NCBI GenBank assembly: GCA_964016885.1
Contig: OZ024741.1
Span: forward strand, 290,036,001-290,100,000
Source: Eledone cirrhosa
Taxonomy: Eukaryota
Direction of reading: 5' to 3'
DNA length: 64,000 nt
Shown here piece by piece: positions 39,691 to 54,551 of this stretch. The stretch's first letter is position 1; each line of letters starts with the position of its first letter. A program made the position numbers and the translations under genes. Below the pieces are notes generated by a model. It ran no database searches. It had not been told where the DNA came from and saw only the letters and a program-made list of their open reading frames with translations.

Positions 39691-40180
39691 AGCAAATAAT
39701 CTTAAAGGAATATAAAGAAAACAACATAAGCAAAGTTAAAACAACAGGAAAAAATATGTCAAATTAAAGGCCAAAAAATATATTATCAACAAAAAAAAAA
39801 CAATATAAAAATCATAACAACAACAATATCATCATCAACATTATCAACGTAACACAGCATAATAAATAGCAACAAAACCTTAAGAAATTATAACAGAGTT
39901 GAAGCGAATGTTTTTTTTTTCAATGAAACAAAAAAAAAAAAAGAAATTATGAACACCAGAATATATTCAACAAAAATAAAAGACGAATCAAAATAAACTA
40001 CATTAACAACAATAACAACAACAACAACAACAACAGGAAAATGAAACAACATAACACAACACAAGATAGAGCACAATAAATTATATATCGTTAACTAATG
40101 AACCTTGTTACAATTAAGGACGGTGATCTAAACTCTAAACGAAGTACACCCGGTGGTGGGGTTTGGTGCGATAGACTGCT

Positions 40181-40229
<49 letters not shown>

Positions 40230-40704
40230 AGCGCGGAGAGAAGGCTTTAAAGTGCGATAAGCTTTTGCTTAGTAAAATTTTCAAAAATTTGCAATCAACG
40301 ATAAAATGAATACATACTCAATTAAAACGCGAGATATTTTGATAAATTGATGGCAATTATGGTGACGGAAAAGGTGAGATACGTTGGTGAAGGCGTAAGT
40401 GTATTTGTGTGTGTGTGTGTGTGTGTGTGCATTGTGCACGTGTGTGTGTGTGTATATGTGTCTGTATGTATGAAATGGGAGTTATTAGGAGGTTGGGGTG
40501 GTTTGGATGGTTTGGGATATATAAGCGAGCGTGTATATTCTGCAAGTCTGTATGTTTGTGTCTATGTAATACATACATACATTCATACACATATGTATAT
40601 ACACATACATATGTATATACATAAGTACGTACGTACGCACGTATATTAATATATGTATGTGAGCATGTATGTATAAACAAACATATACACACGCATACAC
40701 ACAC

Positions 40705-40761
<57 letters not shown>

Positions 40762-42144
40762 GGTGGGGTAGATGTATATATAAGTGCGTGTGTCTGTGCG
40801 AGTGTATTTCTGAGTTTGTATATGTATGTATGTATGTATGTATATATGTATGTATATATGTATGTATGCATGTATGTATGTATGCTTGTATATGTGAATG
40901 CTTTATGGGTGTTTATAACAGCAAAATTGTTATCTTATTTTAATGATATATATTCCTAATTTACTCATAATTTACACTTTACTCCAATTTATTCATCATA
41001 TGTGTATTAAAATCTAAATTTTCACAGTTGACATTCCTCAAATAACAGTTCTGCCAGCAAAAGATAATTTGCTTTGACGTCAAAGTTTAGAGACTGAATG
41101 ATGAAAAGAAGAAAAAAAAGAAACACAACATATTCACCCTCACAAAAAAAATTTCAAACTATCCACCCTGAAGCACTTGTTTTTTTAAATTATTTTTATT
41201 TATTCATCGTTATCAATATTGGGTGTTTGATATGATGATAGGGTAATTCAAAATTTTAATTTACTGCTTATGTCGTTGTCGTTCTTGTTGTTTGATGTGT
41301 ATCAGTGAGTAATACTTGCTTATTACATATACTGAAATTCGTGATATTATAGCTAAATTATGTTTGGAAGTAGCGTCAAACATTCATTTTCTCAAATATG
41401 ACACTAAGATGGCGCAAATATGACACTAAGATGGGCGCAAGTGAAAGGGTTGAAATATTGAAAGATATGAAGTTTCCAGTAGAGAAAATGAAACTGTGTT
41501 GAAATGTACGTTTCAGTATTAAGTGTTTGTTACATAAGTAGAGGTTGGCGAAATTAGTATTAGATTTATTTGAAAACTATAGCGTCGACCCAGCATTTCC
41601 CCCAAATGATATTAGAACTGGATGAATGTGATGGAATAGAAAGCGTGGAAATTAAACCATGTCAAAAAGAATATGTCTTCTGTGTATCTAACTTACTGCT
41701 AAACAGTGAGGTATGTAAGCGAACTATACGGTTGCCTTGTTTCAAAAGGGAGTTTTTTGTGTAGCTTTTATTAATTAATTTATTAATTTATTTAGTTTGC
41801 TTTGTGGCATGCAAGGAAAAGGCTGCGCGGATGACATTTTTAAAGACCTTCAAAATTCGTGTGACGGAAGGAGGAAAGTTACCTTTAATCTGAGACCTGG
41901 CCTGTATGTTTACAACAGAGTAAACTTCAATAAGTGTAAATCTACCACCTAAATGGTAATATGTATTGGTGCAATCGAAGGGGCGCCATCGTTTGATAGG
42001 GTGTTTTCTAGATATCTTTTAAACATAACGGAGACCATCTACTCTCCAGGTCTGAATACAGTCGATTTCTCCCAGACAGAGAATAAAATAAAGAGAAAGA
42101 GGTGGAGGGGGATATAGAACGAAAGTAACAGAGGGGTGGTAAAG

Positions 42145-42259
<115 letters not shown>

Positions 42260-43149
42260 GAGAAATGGGATGCGGTTGAGTGAAAATAAGACTGGTTGGT
42301 TTTTATCGATCACAGAATTATTTCAAAGTTGACAACGGCAGGATTTGAATTCAGTATATAGAGATCCTGCACAAATAGTACAAATTATTGTTTGATATTC
42401 TAAAGATTCTACAATCTTGCCTTCTTCAAGAGACAAGTCAAATAATTAAAGGTTGGAATGAACAGGTGATCAAAAATTGAATGGTATATTGATAGAATAT
42501 TCAGATGGTTTGACTAATGTTTTACGTTATTTAATTGCGATCTTTGACTTTCTGAGTGCTAACCCTGCTATGGTCAGTTTTGCCTTTTATCATTTCCAGG
42601 TAAAAATAAAGTACTAATAAAGTACTAATGTTCGATAAAAACGATTAAAATCCTGCATTAATTTTGAGATCATTTGTTTATACCAGAAATCTATATTTAA
42701 GTGGTAGATATTTTGCCATTGCGGTGAATTGATAGTAAATACCACAAAGTATTTTGTTCGATGATCTACCAATTTTTCTAACAAACTTCAATGATTGCTT
42801 ACATAGAGACACAAAGTGTAAGATATTTGAGAGAGAGAGATGCAAACAACATAAAATCTTTGATATACAAGAGATACTTCAGAAATCCTGGAGGAAGTGG
42901 ATGATGGTGATGGTGATTATGATGATGATGATGATAATGATGATGATAATGATAATGATGATGATGATGATGATGATGATGATAAGGGGGAGGAGGAGGA
43001 TAAAACTCAGATAAATATAGAATGAGAACTAAATACGACAGTGCCTTTAATCCGGCGATCAACCATCTCTCTCATTGCTTTCTTTGTGGTTACAAGTAAT
43101 AAAAATTACTGGAGTCGGAAACTATTCTTGTTCTTTTTAATTCACTGAT

Positions 43150-43313
43150 TTTTACGTCCCTTTATGTTCTGATTTCAAATCCCGCCAAGGTTAGCTTGTC
43201 CTTTCATCCTTACTGTGTCGATAAAATAAAGTATAAGTAACGCACTGGTGCTTAGTTAATTGACTTTTCCATTTACCTCAAATTGTTGGCCTTTTGCCTA
43301 AATCAGAAACCAT
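43150..43313 (+). mobile_element. SINE family A copy
   Basis: tttcaaatcccgccaaggttagcttgtcctttcatccttactgtgtcgataaaataaag. Confidence 0.85.
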
Positions 43314-43624
43314 TGTTTCATTGATTTTAATTAATAGACAGAGGTCATGCTGGTATACCGCTTTGATATACTATCTAGATGGATATTGCTGACATGAAGC
43401 GAAAAATGTCAGAAGAGATATGGAAAAAAAGGCTAAAGTTTATACCCAAATATCAATACGTTCATTTATCAATCCAGAGACTTACGTGTAGTTTAGAAAT
43501 ATAAAGTTATATTTTTATATACAGAATTAAAACATTGGATATACTGTTTGAGTAAATGATTATCTTCATGGTTTTCATTGATCTTTCTCATGTATATTGA
43601 CACTCATTCGGTTTGCGACAAGTG

Positions 43625-43808
43625 CAGACTCTAAAAACCCAAAGGAGGAGTACCATGAAAAAAAGTGCCCCCAAACGGGAAGAAATGAGGAAAAATGGGA
43701 AGATTTTACATAATGAAAGCTATACCCATTTTTACAAGATGACATCCCTCATCCACTCCAAAGTGGGTAGGTGATCTCTCAGTCGGACGAGGAGAGTTGA
43801 CAGGTCTT
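43625..43808 (+). mobile_element. MITE, sister of 57296-57705
   Basis: Shared ctctaaaaa.ccaaa..., aatgaaagctatac and ggagagttgaca.gtct. Confidence 0.7.
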
Positions 43809-44110
43809 CGAGTGTTCCAATTGATACGATCAACAGAATAACTTGCACGTCAAATTAACCAGAAACTGAATGAACATTCTACTGAATTGTGTAACCTTAA
43901 CGTAGGTCTCAGAGATATTCAGGGTGAATTGCAGGTAAAAGTCATATTTGTCAGGTGTGTAAACTGAAGCAATGTGAAATAAAGATTCTTGCTCTCGAAT
44001 ACACTGTGTCGCTCTGAACCGAAATCACGATCTTACGATCAGGAGTCGAAAAGCCTAAAAACAACGACAGGTGCCTTTACATTATAATCACTTTAAACCG
44101 ATTATAATGA

Positions 44111-44645
<535 letters not shown>

Positions 44646-44674
44646 ATAACTTGTGTGTTACACCTCTATTCTTT

Positions 44675-44816
<142 letters not shown>

Positions 44817-45105
44817 CAAATAACGAAACGAAATTAAATTTCGTTTCGTTTGTAACTCACTTTTGTATGACTGACGCTTAAACAATTAAGTTAAAGATGT
44901 ACATCCATATATGTATACTGAAATACTAGTATGTATATGAATACACACACGTATACATATGTAGATGTACCAAGTTTTTTCACTGGTCACTTTACTGTGA
45001 GTGGCCAGCTATTCTGTATGTAAACACACAGACAAACCGGTTTTTAGAGTCATACTGGTTTTTGAGGAAACACCTTTCCTCTATTCTCCAGAAAGCCAGA
45101 CAAGG

Positions 45106-45150
45106 AATATTGAACTAGTTTCGTTGTTGTTACAACTCATCAGCAATATT
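45106..45150 (-). ncRNA. Type I hammerhead ribozyme, array B copy 1
   Basis: Minus: AATATTG-CTGATGA-GTTGT aaca ACAAC-GAAA-C TA GT-T-CAATATT; perfect 7-bp stem I. Confidence 0.92.
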
Positions 45151-45572
45151 TACCTATCTTCCGGCCTCTCTAGAGAATCGTAAAAGCACATATCGTTATA
45201 TGCTTTTTCTATGAAAATTAGTAGTGGGCAGACTAATTTGCATAGAGTGTGAGTAAGTACCGGTTCAACGGAGACGATAAAAACAAATAACGAAACGAAA
45301 TTAAATTTCGTTTCGTTTGTAACTCACTTTTGTATGTCTGACGCTTAAACAATTAAGTTAAAGATGTACATCCATATATGTATACTGAAATACTAGTATG
45401 TATATGAATACACACACGTATACATATGTAGATGTACCAAGTTTTTTCACTGGTCACTTTACTGTGAGTGGCCAGCTATTCTGTATGTAAACACACAGAC
45501 AAACCGGTTTTTAGAGTCATACTGGTTTTTGAGGAAACACCTTTCCTCTATTCTCCAGAAAGCCAGACAAGG

Positions 45573-45617
45573 AATATTGAACTAGTTTCGTTGTTGTTAC
45601 AACTCATCAGCAATATT
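45573..45617 (-). ncRNA. Hammerhead ribozyme, array B copy 2
   Basis: Identical to 45106-45150, shifted +467. Confidence 0.92.
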
Positions 45618-45854
45618 TACCTATCTTCCGGCCTCTCTAGAGAATCGTAAAAGCACATATCGTTATATGCTTTTTCTATGAAAATTAGTAGTGGGCAGAC
45701 TAATTTGCATAGAGTGTGAGTAAGTACCGGTTCAACGGAGACGATAAAAACAAATAACGAAACGAAATTAAATTTCGTTTCGTTTGTAACTCACTTTTGT
45801 ATGACTGACGCTTAAACAATTAAGTTAAAGATGTACATCCATATATGTATACTG

Positions 45855-45894
<40 letters not shown>

Positions 45895-45897
<3 letters not shown>

Positions 45898-46112
45898 GGC
45901 GTGTGGCTGAGTGGTTAGAGTATTGGATTCACAATCGTGAGGTTGTGTGTTCGATTCCTGAACCAGGCGATGCGTTATGTCCTTGAGCAAGACACTTTAT
46001 TTCCCGTTGCTCCTTCTACCTGGAGTTGCGACCGATAGATAGTATTAGCAATTGGAAAGACCAACGGAAACATAGTTTCCTCGGTCCGATTTGACGAAAG
46101 TCGATCGACTAG
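45895..46112 (+). mobile_element. tRNA-derived SINE family B copy
   Basis: A box gtggctgagtgg, B box gttcgattcc, tgtccttgagcaagacacttt; homologous to 9043-9255. Confidence 0.88.
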
Positions 46113-46113
46113 A

Positions 46114-46149
<36 letters not shown>

Positions 46150-46345
46150 ATCCCGGGTTCAATCGTGGGTAACCACAGTAAGTAAGGTACTCAATACATA
46201 GCAGAGTATAAATATTTAATATAGAAATGGCTTCTACAGGACTAGAACTGTTTCATTCGAAGGAAATCATCAGGAAAACTTTCCTGGTGATTTCCTTCCA
46301 ATGAAACAGTTCTAGTCCTGTAGAAGCCATTTCTATATTAAATAT
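46150..46345. mobile_element. pLTR-like insert with terminal palindrome (46212-46345); hammerhead intact on - (46229-46277), core-mutated on +
   Basis: Minus: TTTC-CTGATGA-TTTCcttcGAAT-GAAACAGttctagtcCTGT-A-GAAG; the plus arm has CTGGTGA. Confidence 0.78.
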
Positions 46346-46456
46346 ATATATATATATATGTGTGTGTGTCAGTGTGTATCAAATAAAATTCTAATTTTAT
46401 TTTCATATATTTATATAGTTTCACAATAAACCAGTGTGACTAATATTTTATATATA

Positions 46457-47093
46457 CTAGCAGAAAATCCACCCTTCGGGTGGTTTTCTGCTAGCATGTG
46501 TGGTATGTATATTGATATTATACGCAAGTATGTAGATATGATACATCAAATAAAATCGTAATTGACAATATAAACAGAAATTGAACGAAGACGTTGTTAG
46601 ACTGTCTTATGTAATCAGTAACGTAATCCATGATACATTAAAAAGAGACGATATTATATATACACTGCATTAGGAGAAAATTAGTATGTTTATTTAAGTG
46701 ATCGCCACCGGAAGTGTTGACATCACACACTCTCTCTTTCTATATATATATGGTAGTTGAAGTGGTGGTGGTGGCAACGATACACCGGAAGTGCAACTTT
46801 GAAAAGAAGTCAATTTTAAATTTTACCAAGTTATTTTTGTTTACAAAATTTAGTAGATAAATTATGTAATATTCATTCATTCTGAGGTCAAATCCCGCCG
46901 AGGTTAACTTTGCCTTTCATCCTTACGGGGTCGTTAAAATAAAGTACCAGTAATACACTGAAATAATTGCTGGCCTTGTGCCAAAAGTAGAAACAATTAT
47001 TTTTTCAAAGTAATCCAACTTATTTTACTAACGGGATAAAAAAAAAAATAAACCGTACGCAGTCCCGCAGACCTTCCTTTATTATAGTTTAGA
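46457..47093 (-). mobile_element. Non-autonomous Helitron with a SINE A (46879-47000, +) inside
   Basis: Minus 5' A|TCTAAACTATAATAAAG; 3' hairpin CCACCCgaaGGGTGG followed by CTAG|T. Confidence 0.65.
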
Positions 47094-47129
47094 TATATAT
47101 ATATGTGTGTGAGTGTGTGTGTATATATG

Positions 47130-47160
<31 letters not shown>

Positions 47161-47229
47161 GAGGGAGACAGACAGACAGGCAAACAGATAGTCGGATAGG
47201 CGTGCATGCAGAATGAAAGTAAAATGAAT

Positions 47230-47407
47230 AATTGCTTCTATTTTAGGCACAAGGCCAGCAATTAACCAGTGCATTACTGGTACTTTATTTTATCGACCCC
47301 GTAAGGATGAAAGGCAAAGTCAACCTCAGCGGGATTTGAACTCAGATCGTAAATGGACGTAACTAAGCTGGAAAGCATGGCGTCCGACCCTCTACCGATA
47401 CTGCCAT
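47230..47407 (-). mobile_element. SINE family A copy
   Basis: Reverse complement of the consensus. Confidence 0.9.
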
Positions 47408-48755
47408 GAATAATGTTCTTAAATATGTTTCTGGGTTTTCTGTATGTCTCATGAGAGAAAAAGCGATAGAAAGAGAAAGAGCGAAATCTCGCTATATATT
47501 TAGATACAGCCAAATATGTATATCTACATATTTCTCTATATATCAGAGATATATTGATAATTAGCTATCTATCTATCTAGTTAGCTAGATACATCAGGCT
47601 AACAGACAGTTACTTAGATTATGTGAATGATGTGATGAATTAATGATCGGGCGCGAACAAACACACTCACATACATTCAGTTACATACACACCTAATTTC
47701 TATGAAGGTGATTTCATATTCTTTATTTCTTGTTGTCATTGCTACTGTTGTTGATGCTATTGTTATTGTTGTTATTGTCGTAGTCTTTCGTTAAGAATGA
47801 CTATGATTGTTTTAAATCTGATTAAATACGCATCTTCAATAAAACGCCATGAATGCCTTCCCCTTTCTTCGCTCTCCTGTATTTCAATAAATACATAACG
47901 AAAGGAGTGAGAGAACAAATGCACACCAACACATACATGAACGAACGTATACAGAGACGTATAGTAACCTAAACACAGCCACACCGTAAAGACACATAAA
48001 CACGTATATACATTCTCACACATACGAACATACATACGCACAAGCACATACATGTAACCACTCACACAGACATACACCACGCAAATACATACCCACATGC
48101 ACATTACACACACACAGACGCACATACACATACATACATACGCGCACACACACACACACACAAACACACACGCGCAGACGCACACACACTCACACTCAAA
48201 TCAAAAAAGTCACAAAGATTTTTGGTATTCAAATGAAAGCGAAGAAGAGATAAAAATTGTACGGCAAATCAGTAAAAGCTACGTGGCGCGTTCAATCCTA
48301 GCCCGGAGCAAACAGTTTAGCTTGTAATTTCTTTTGTTCTCCTTTCAATTGGATTTAATTAACGTTGATCTGAAAAGCAAGAGTTAAAGAAACAAAATAT
48401 AAAGCAATATACAAAAAAAAAAAAAAAATAAACAACATAAAAACAAAAACAAGAACAAAACCCGGTAAAGAAATATATATATATCATAAACGATGAAAAA
48501 TATGTACATAAAAAAAAAACAAAAAACAAAACAAAAAAGATCTACTACAAAAGCCAACGAATATAAAGAAAAGAAAAAGAAAAGAAAATACAAATATGTC
48601 ATAAATGACCAAAAATTCGCAGAAAAAAAAAAAATATAAAAAACAACAATAACAAAGTCTGCAGAAAAGGAAACACATAAAAAAATATACAAATTAAGGA
48701 TACGCTGAATATGAAAACCAATGAAAATAACATCATCAACAACAGCTATAAACTA

Positions 48756-48862
<107 letters not shown>

Positions 48863-48935
48863 ATATATATATCATCTCTCTCTCTCTATATATATATATA
48901 GAGAGAGAGAGAGATGATATATATGTATATATATA

Positions 48936-49006
<71 letters not shown>

Positions 49007-49677
49007 AGAGAGGGAGAGAGAGGGGGAGAGGGAGAGAGAAAGTGAGAGGGTGACAGAGGCGGAGTTGGAGTCGTTGTGTAAGGTAAAATCAATGGAAGAG
49101 CGCTTGTGGGGTTTGAAGAAATTACGGTATCCATATGTGGTATAACGGTTATTGATAAACTATACACTATTGTAAAATACTTTAATTCTTTTAAAGTGAG
49201 AACATTCTAAATTGGTATTTAGCATCAATATTATTAGGTGGGTTGGCTATGGAGATGGCCGGGTAGGAGGTTGGGTAGTGTAAGGTTTTGTGGACGGTGT
49301 AGTGGTTGGGTGAAGTTCGTTTCAATTGTCCTTTGTTTTGATTTGTGTTGCTTTGTTTCACTTTCATATCTGTTACTGAAACATATGTACACACACATAC
49401 ACTCACACACACACACACACACGCGCACACACACATACACGCACGTACACACATGCACACACACATACACGCACACACACTCACATACACACACTCACAC
49501 ACACACACAGTCACACACACACGCACGCACACACACACACACACACTCACACACACACACGCACGCACACACACACACACACACACTCACACACACACAC
49601 ACGCACACACTCACACACACTCATACATACACTCACACACACACACGCACACACACACACACACACAAACATACGCG

Positions 49678-49708
<31 letters not shown>

Positions 49709-49713
49709 GAATG

Positions 49714-49745
<32 letters not shown>

Positions 49746-50137
49746 AATGAAACGGAAACAACAAAGCAAACAGCATAATGTAACGACGAATTGTATTAGT
49801 TTAATGTATGATTTAGTAGAAAACGTTTCAGACGCTAGTCCTTCCTCAGATGTTAGAATGAGAAATAAAAAAAATAGAGAATAAAAAGTGGAAGGAAAGA
49901 AAATAGATTTGAGAGAAAGCACGTGTGTATTTAGTCAACTATGTATGTATATGTTTATGTATTTATGAACACACATATATATATACATCGTTATAAGATC
50001 GTCAATACTCATCTTTTTACATTTATCTGAGGGTTCTAAACCCCATTATCAGACTAAAATTTCTTTAGTTAAAAAATACGGTGAAAGCTATTCTATTTTC
50101 TAATTTCAAACCTGCTCACTGTTTCAAAACATATTTA

Positions 50138-50237
<100 letters not shown>

Positions 50238-50262
50238 TGTAATAAACAACATAAGGCAATTA

Positions 50263-50322
50263 TTCCATTTACCAGTGGTTTCTTAAAAGCAAAAAATGTT
50301 GCTTTCAATCATCAGAATGAAA
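50263..50322 (-). ncRNA. Type I hammerhead ribozyme (left arm)
   Basis: Mirror of 50403-50462; core intact. Confidence 0.87.
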
Positions 50323-50402
50323 AAATCCTGGTCTGTTTATTGAATTTGGATTTTAAAATCCTCGGTTTTTAAAATCCAAATTCAATAAACAGACCAGGAT
50401 AT

Positions 50403-50462
50403 TTTCATTCTGATGATTGAAAGCAACATTTTTGGCTTTTAAGAAACCACTGGTAAATGGAA
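50403..50462 (+). ncRNA. Type I hammerhead ribozyme (right arm)
   Basis: TTTCATT-CTGATGA-TTGAAAGC aacatttttg GCTTTTAA-GAAA-CC ACT GGT-A-AATGGAA. Confidence 0.88.
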
Positions 50463-50555
50463 TAATTGCCTTATGTTGTTTATTACATAACTATTAAGCT
50501 CTGTTACCTACATAGAGCACTCTTTTCTCCTGGACTTTTCCGACGGAATTACTTC

Positions 50556-50588
<33 letters not shown>

Positions 50589-51018
50589 ACGATATATATA
50601 TGATATGACATGATATAATATATTATAAAGGAAACACTCACACACACAATAGTGTGAGTGTGTGAGTATAAATGGAAACAGTTAGCCTTTCACACATGTT
50701 ATATTAAAAACTCGATCGTGTTAGGTATTTTCATGTTACCTCTTCAGTAGGCGGTTGATTGCCAAATTAAGCAGAACGTCGGACAAATGCCTTGCACTAT
50801 TTGTTTTGGTTCTTTACATTCTGTGTTCAAATTCCATCGAAGTTAACTTCGTATCTCGTCCTTCCGAAGTCGATAAAATATGTTTTAAATATACATATAA
50901 ATGCGATCTCTCGCGCTCTTGCAACTGCCGGACTTTGAAAACGGGCGAATATATAGTTTTTCGTCTGTGTAAATGAGCTGATTAATCTCATTTGCATGTG
51001 AAGCTGTATAATTGAATC

Positions 51019-51062
51019 ATCGTCCTGATGAGAACCAGTTGAGTTCGAAATGCATCGACAAT
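51019..51062 (+). ncRNA. Solitary minimal hammerhead ribozyme
   Basis: ATcGTC-CTGATGA-GAAC cagttga GTTC-GAAA-T GC AT-C-GACaAT; palindromic ATGCAT. Confidence 0.82.
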
Positions 51063-51248
51063 TGTCCCCTTTGCTTCTGCCGGGCACCGCCTGGTGGCGT
51101 TTGCTACCAGTGTATTATTCATGGCTATGGGTTTGTAAATATTTATTTATAAACATACCGTATTTCTTTAGGAATACAAAATTCAAATACATATTTGTAT
51201 ACAGCGATATTCGAAGCTAAATTCTAATTCTATATATTAATATTTTAA

Positions 51249-51314
<66 letters not shown>

Positions 51315-51317
<3 letters not shown>

Positions 51318-51870
51318 GTACCAGGCAAGTAGCGGGACCGATATAATCCTCATTCTCCACTGTACAAATGTTCTGCGAAATAAAAATCAGGGTGGAAATC
51401 GAGTCAGTACAATAGATCACAAAATTTTACTGGTCATACATATTACATATATGTAAGATGTGGAATGAAATGATAGTGAAATACAATAAATATCAAAATT
51501 AAATAACATTGAATAAATGGAAGTTGTATTACTAAAATAAACGAAAGTAGTATACAACCACATATTCAAAGAAACTAGAATTACAGAACGATATATTACG
51601 ACAAACCATATATATGTTCTTAATATGTAATGCGTATGAAGATAAACCAGGAAACCCCACAGCAAGTATTAATAGTCTTGTTAATCGCAATGAATTAAGC
51701 AGAACTAGAACACTAAAAAAATTGTATATAACACATTTCTTTCTACCTTCCAGCCTATACATTCACCTGATGAAGGACTTCGGGATATTCTTTTTTCCTT
51801 TTTCAATAAGCGGGACTCTAATTAACCTTTGTGTATTTTTCATTCCTTTGTTTGATTTTTAAACTTGAAT
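51315..51870 (+). pseudogene. Possible decayed PLE 3' end (endonuclease C-terminus-like frame plus a hammerhead 5' half)
   Basis: Frame ...SINSLVNRNELSR loosely resembles PLE LNxRxEL motifs; CTGATGAAGG at 51767 has no matching GAAA. Confidence 0.3.
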
Positions 51871-52598
51871 TATATTTATTTACATATACATACATATACA
51901 TATATAAGAACGAGCCAACTGGTATTCCGTGAATAATTTCGGTTTCTCTGGCAATTGATAAAAGATTGAGATTTAGTCGCTTCTCCCACCTCTTTGATAG
52001 GATGTCAGTGTAATGTTAACATCATATTTACTGAATGAATCACTAAAAAAAAAAACATCACATTTGTTAACCTTAATCTACAGACGATGATTACAACGGT
52101 TAAGCATTCTTCCTCATGGCAAAGACGAAAGAAAATATGAGAGAAAATAAGAAGAAATATTTTAAAACAAACGCTTTTAGATATCTGTAGCGATATTTGA
52201 AGATCGGTGCTTGGTTGTTCACTAAGGTGAACTGAAAAATACTCACTGAAAACTCTATATAATTCCGGTTCAGACTCGCTAATTTTTTTTATGATTATGT
52301 ACGTGTTCTGACTATATTGGTAAACTTAAGGTAACACGGATTTAAGTGTCGATCGCTAGAAACACATGAAAATAATGCACAACCATATGAGAATGAAATC
52401 TAATATTTTGGAACCACAGCAAGTAATGATAACCAGTAAGTTCATTTTCAAGGATACAATACGTTTAGATTTGCCAGTTTACTTTTAATATTTCCTAGAG
52501 CACATTCCAATAGATTTAACTCACATTTTTACGAAATACTGTTATATAAACTCGCTCTATAAATCTATTATTTTAATTCTCTCTCTGTCTTTCTCATC

Positions 52599-52688
<90 letters not shown>

Positions 52689-52749
52689 GCGTGGTTGTAG
52701 GGTGTGCGTTCGCATACATCTTAATGTTACAGTTGTAAAGGTCCAAACA

Positions 52750-53110
52750 AGCTGGATTGGCAGAATCGGTGGAACGTCGGGTAATATTCTATGCGGCATA
52801 GATTTGCAGCCCTTTACGCTCTGAGTTAAAATCCCACCGAAGTTAGCTTTGTCTTTCATCCTTACGGGGTCGATAAAATAAAGCACCAGTAACGCACTGG
52901 TGTCGATTTAATCAACTTCCCCTGCCCCCAAAATGCTGACCTTGGTCAAGTACTAACGTCCATTTTATTAAAAATTGACGTTAGTACTTGACCAAGAAGG
53001 ATGAAAGTTAAATTGACCTCAACTGGACGTGATCTATGAACTTAAAGAGCCGGAAAAAATACTGCTGAGAATTTTTCCGACGCTCCAACGTATTTTGAAA
53101 TCTACTGGCA
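52750..53110. mobile_element. Tail-to-tail SINE A pair joined by a hairpin (52941-52996)
   Basis: + copy 52750-52944, - copy 52997-53110; CTTGGTCAAGTACTAACGTC...GACGTTAGTACTTGACCAAG. Confidence 0.8.
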
Positions 53111-53258
53111 TTAAGTGGCAAATAATAACACACATTTACTGTTGAAAGGGGTGAGTAAGGGTAGGAGAAGGAAATGTAGGATACATACGGGTGGGCTGGG
53201 AATTCAAGTTTTACGTCTTGATTATTCAGACATTTATTTATAATCTCTCTCTCTGTCG

Positions 53259-53375
<117 letters not shown>

Positions 53376-53386
53376 GCTTATATATC

Positions 53387-53471
<85 letters not shown>

Positions 53472-53474
53472 TTG

Positions 53475-53555
<81 letters not shown>

Positions 53556-53556
53556 T

Positions 53557-53595
<39 letters not shown>

Positions 53596-53623
53596 ATGTA
53601 TATATATATATATACATACACAT

Positions 53624-53743
<120 letters not shown>

Positions 53744-53884
53744 ACGCACACACACATATATATATATACACGCATACGCACACATGTATAATTGTTTGAG
53801 TTCGTGGGTGTGGATTGTTGTGGGTCTCTCTATCTCTATCTCTATCTCTCTCTCAAGTATATATATATATATATATATATACAA

Positions 53885-53904
<20 letters not shown>

Positions 53905-53916
<12 letters not shown>

Positions 53917-54098
53917 GCCTCTTCACCATATACACACATACACTTATACACTTACACACATACACACATATAGATATAGATATGTATACATACATACATA
54001 TCTATATCTATATGTGTGTATGTGTGTAAGTGTATAAGTGTATGTGTGCAAGTGTATAAGTGTATGTGTGTATATGGTGAAGAGGCATATATATATAT
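53905..54098. repeat. Low-complexity inverted repeat
   Basis: atgcctcttcaccatatacacacatacacttatacactt ... aagtgtataagtgtatgtgtgtatatggtgaagaggcat. Confidence 0.88.
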
Positions 54099-54227
54099 TT
54101 CAGAGTCAACGATATTAATAAGTTGAGGAACACACGATGTGTCATTTGAATGTTAAATGTTACTTAACACCATCTATCTCTTTTGCGCGCTCTCTCTCTC
54201 TATTTCTTCGAAATATTTCTACGCTTC

Positions 54228-54297
<70 letters not shown>

Positions 54298-54466
54298 TAC
54301 ACACATACAGACATACACACATAAATATATATATATATATATGCATACATATACGCATCCTGAAATGTGTCTGTGTGGTTCTACGTTTGTATATATGTGC
54401 CTCATTGTACACCGGTGTATGTATGCGCTTGCATGTTAGTGCATATATATATATAAATATATATAT

Positions 54467-54551
<85 letters not shown>

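Noticed and set aside
41393-41440. 22-bp tandem duplication containing AAGATGGCG (YY1-like)
   Set aside because: Two copies only, with no supporting promoter context; likely slippage
45895-45970. tRNA gene
   Set aside because: A and B boxes are present but there is no full cloverleaf; it continues into a SINE body shared with 9043-9255
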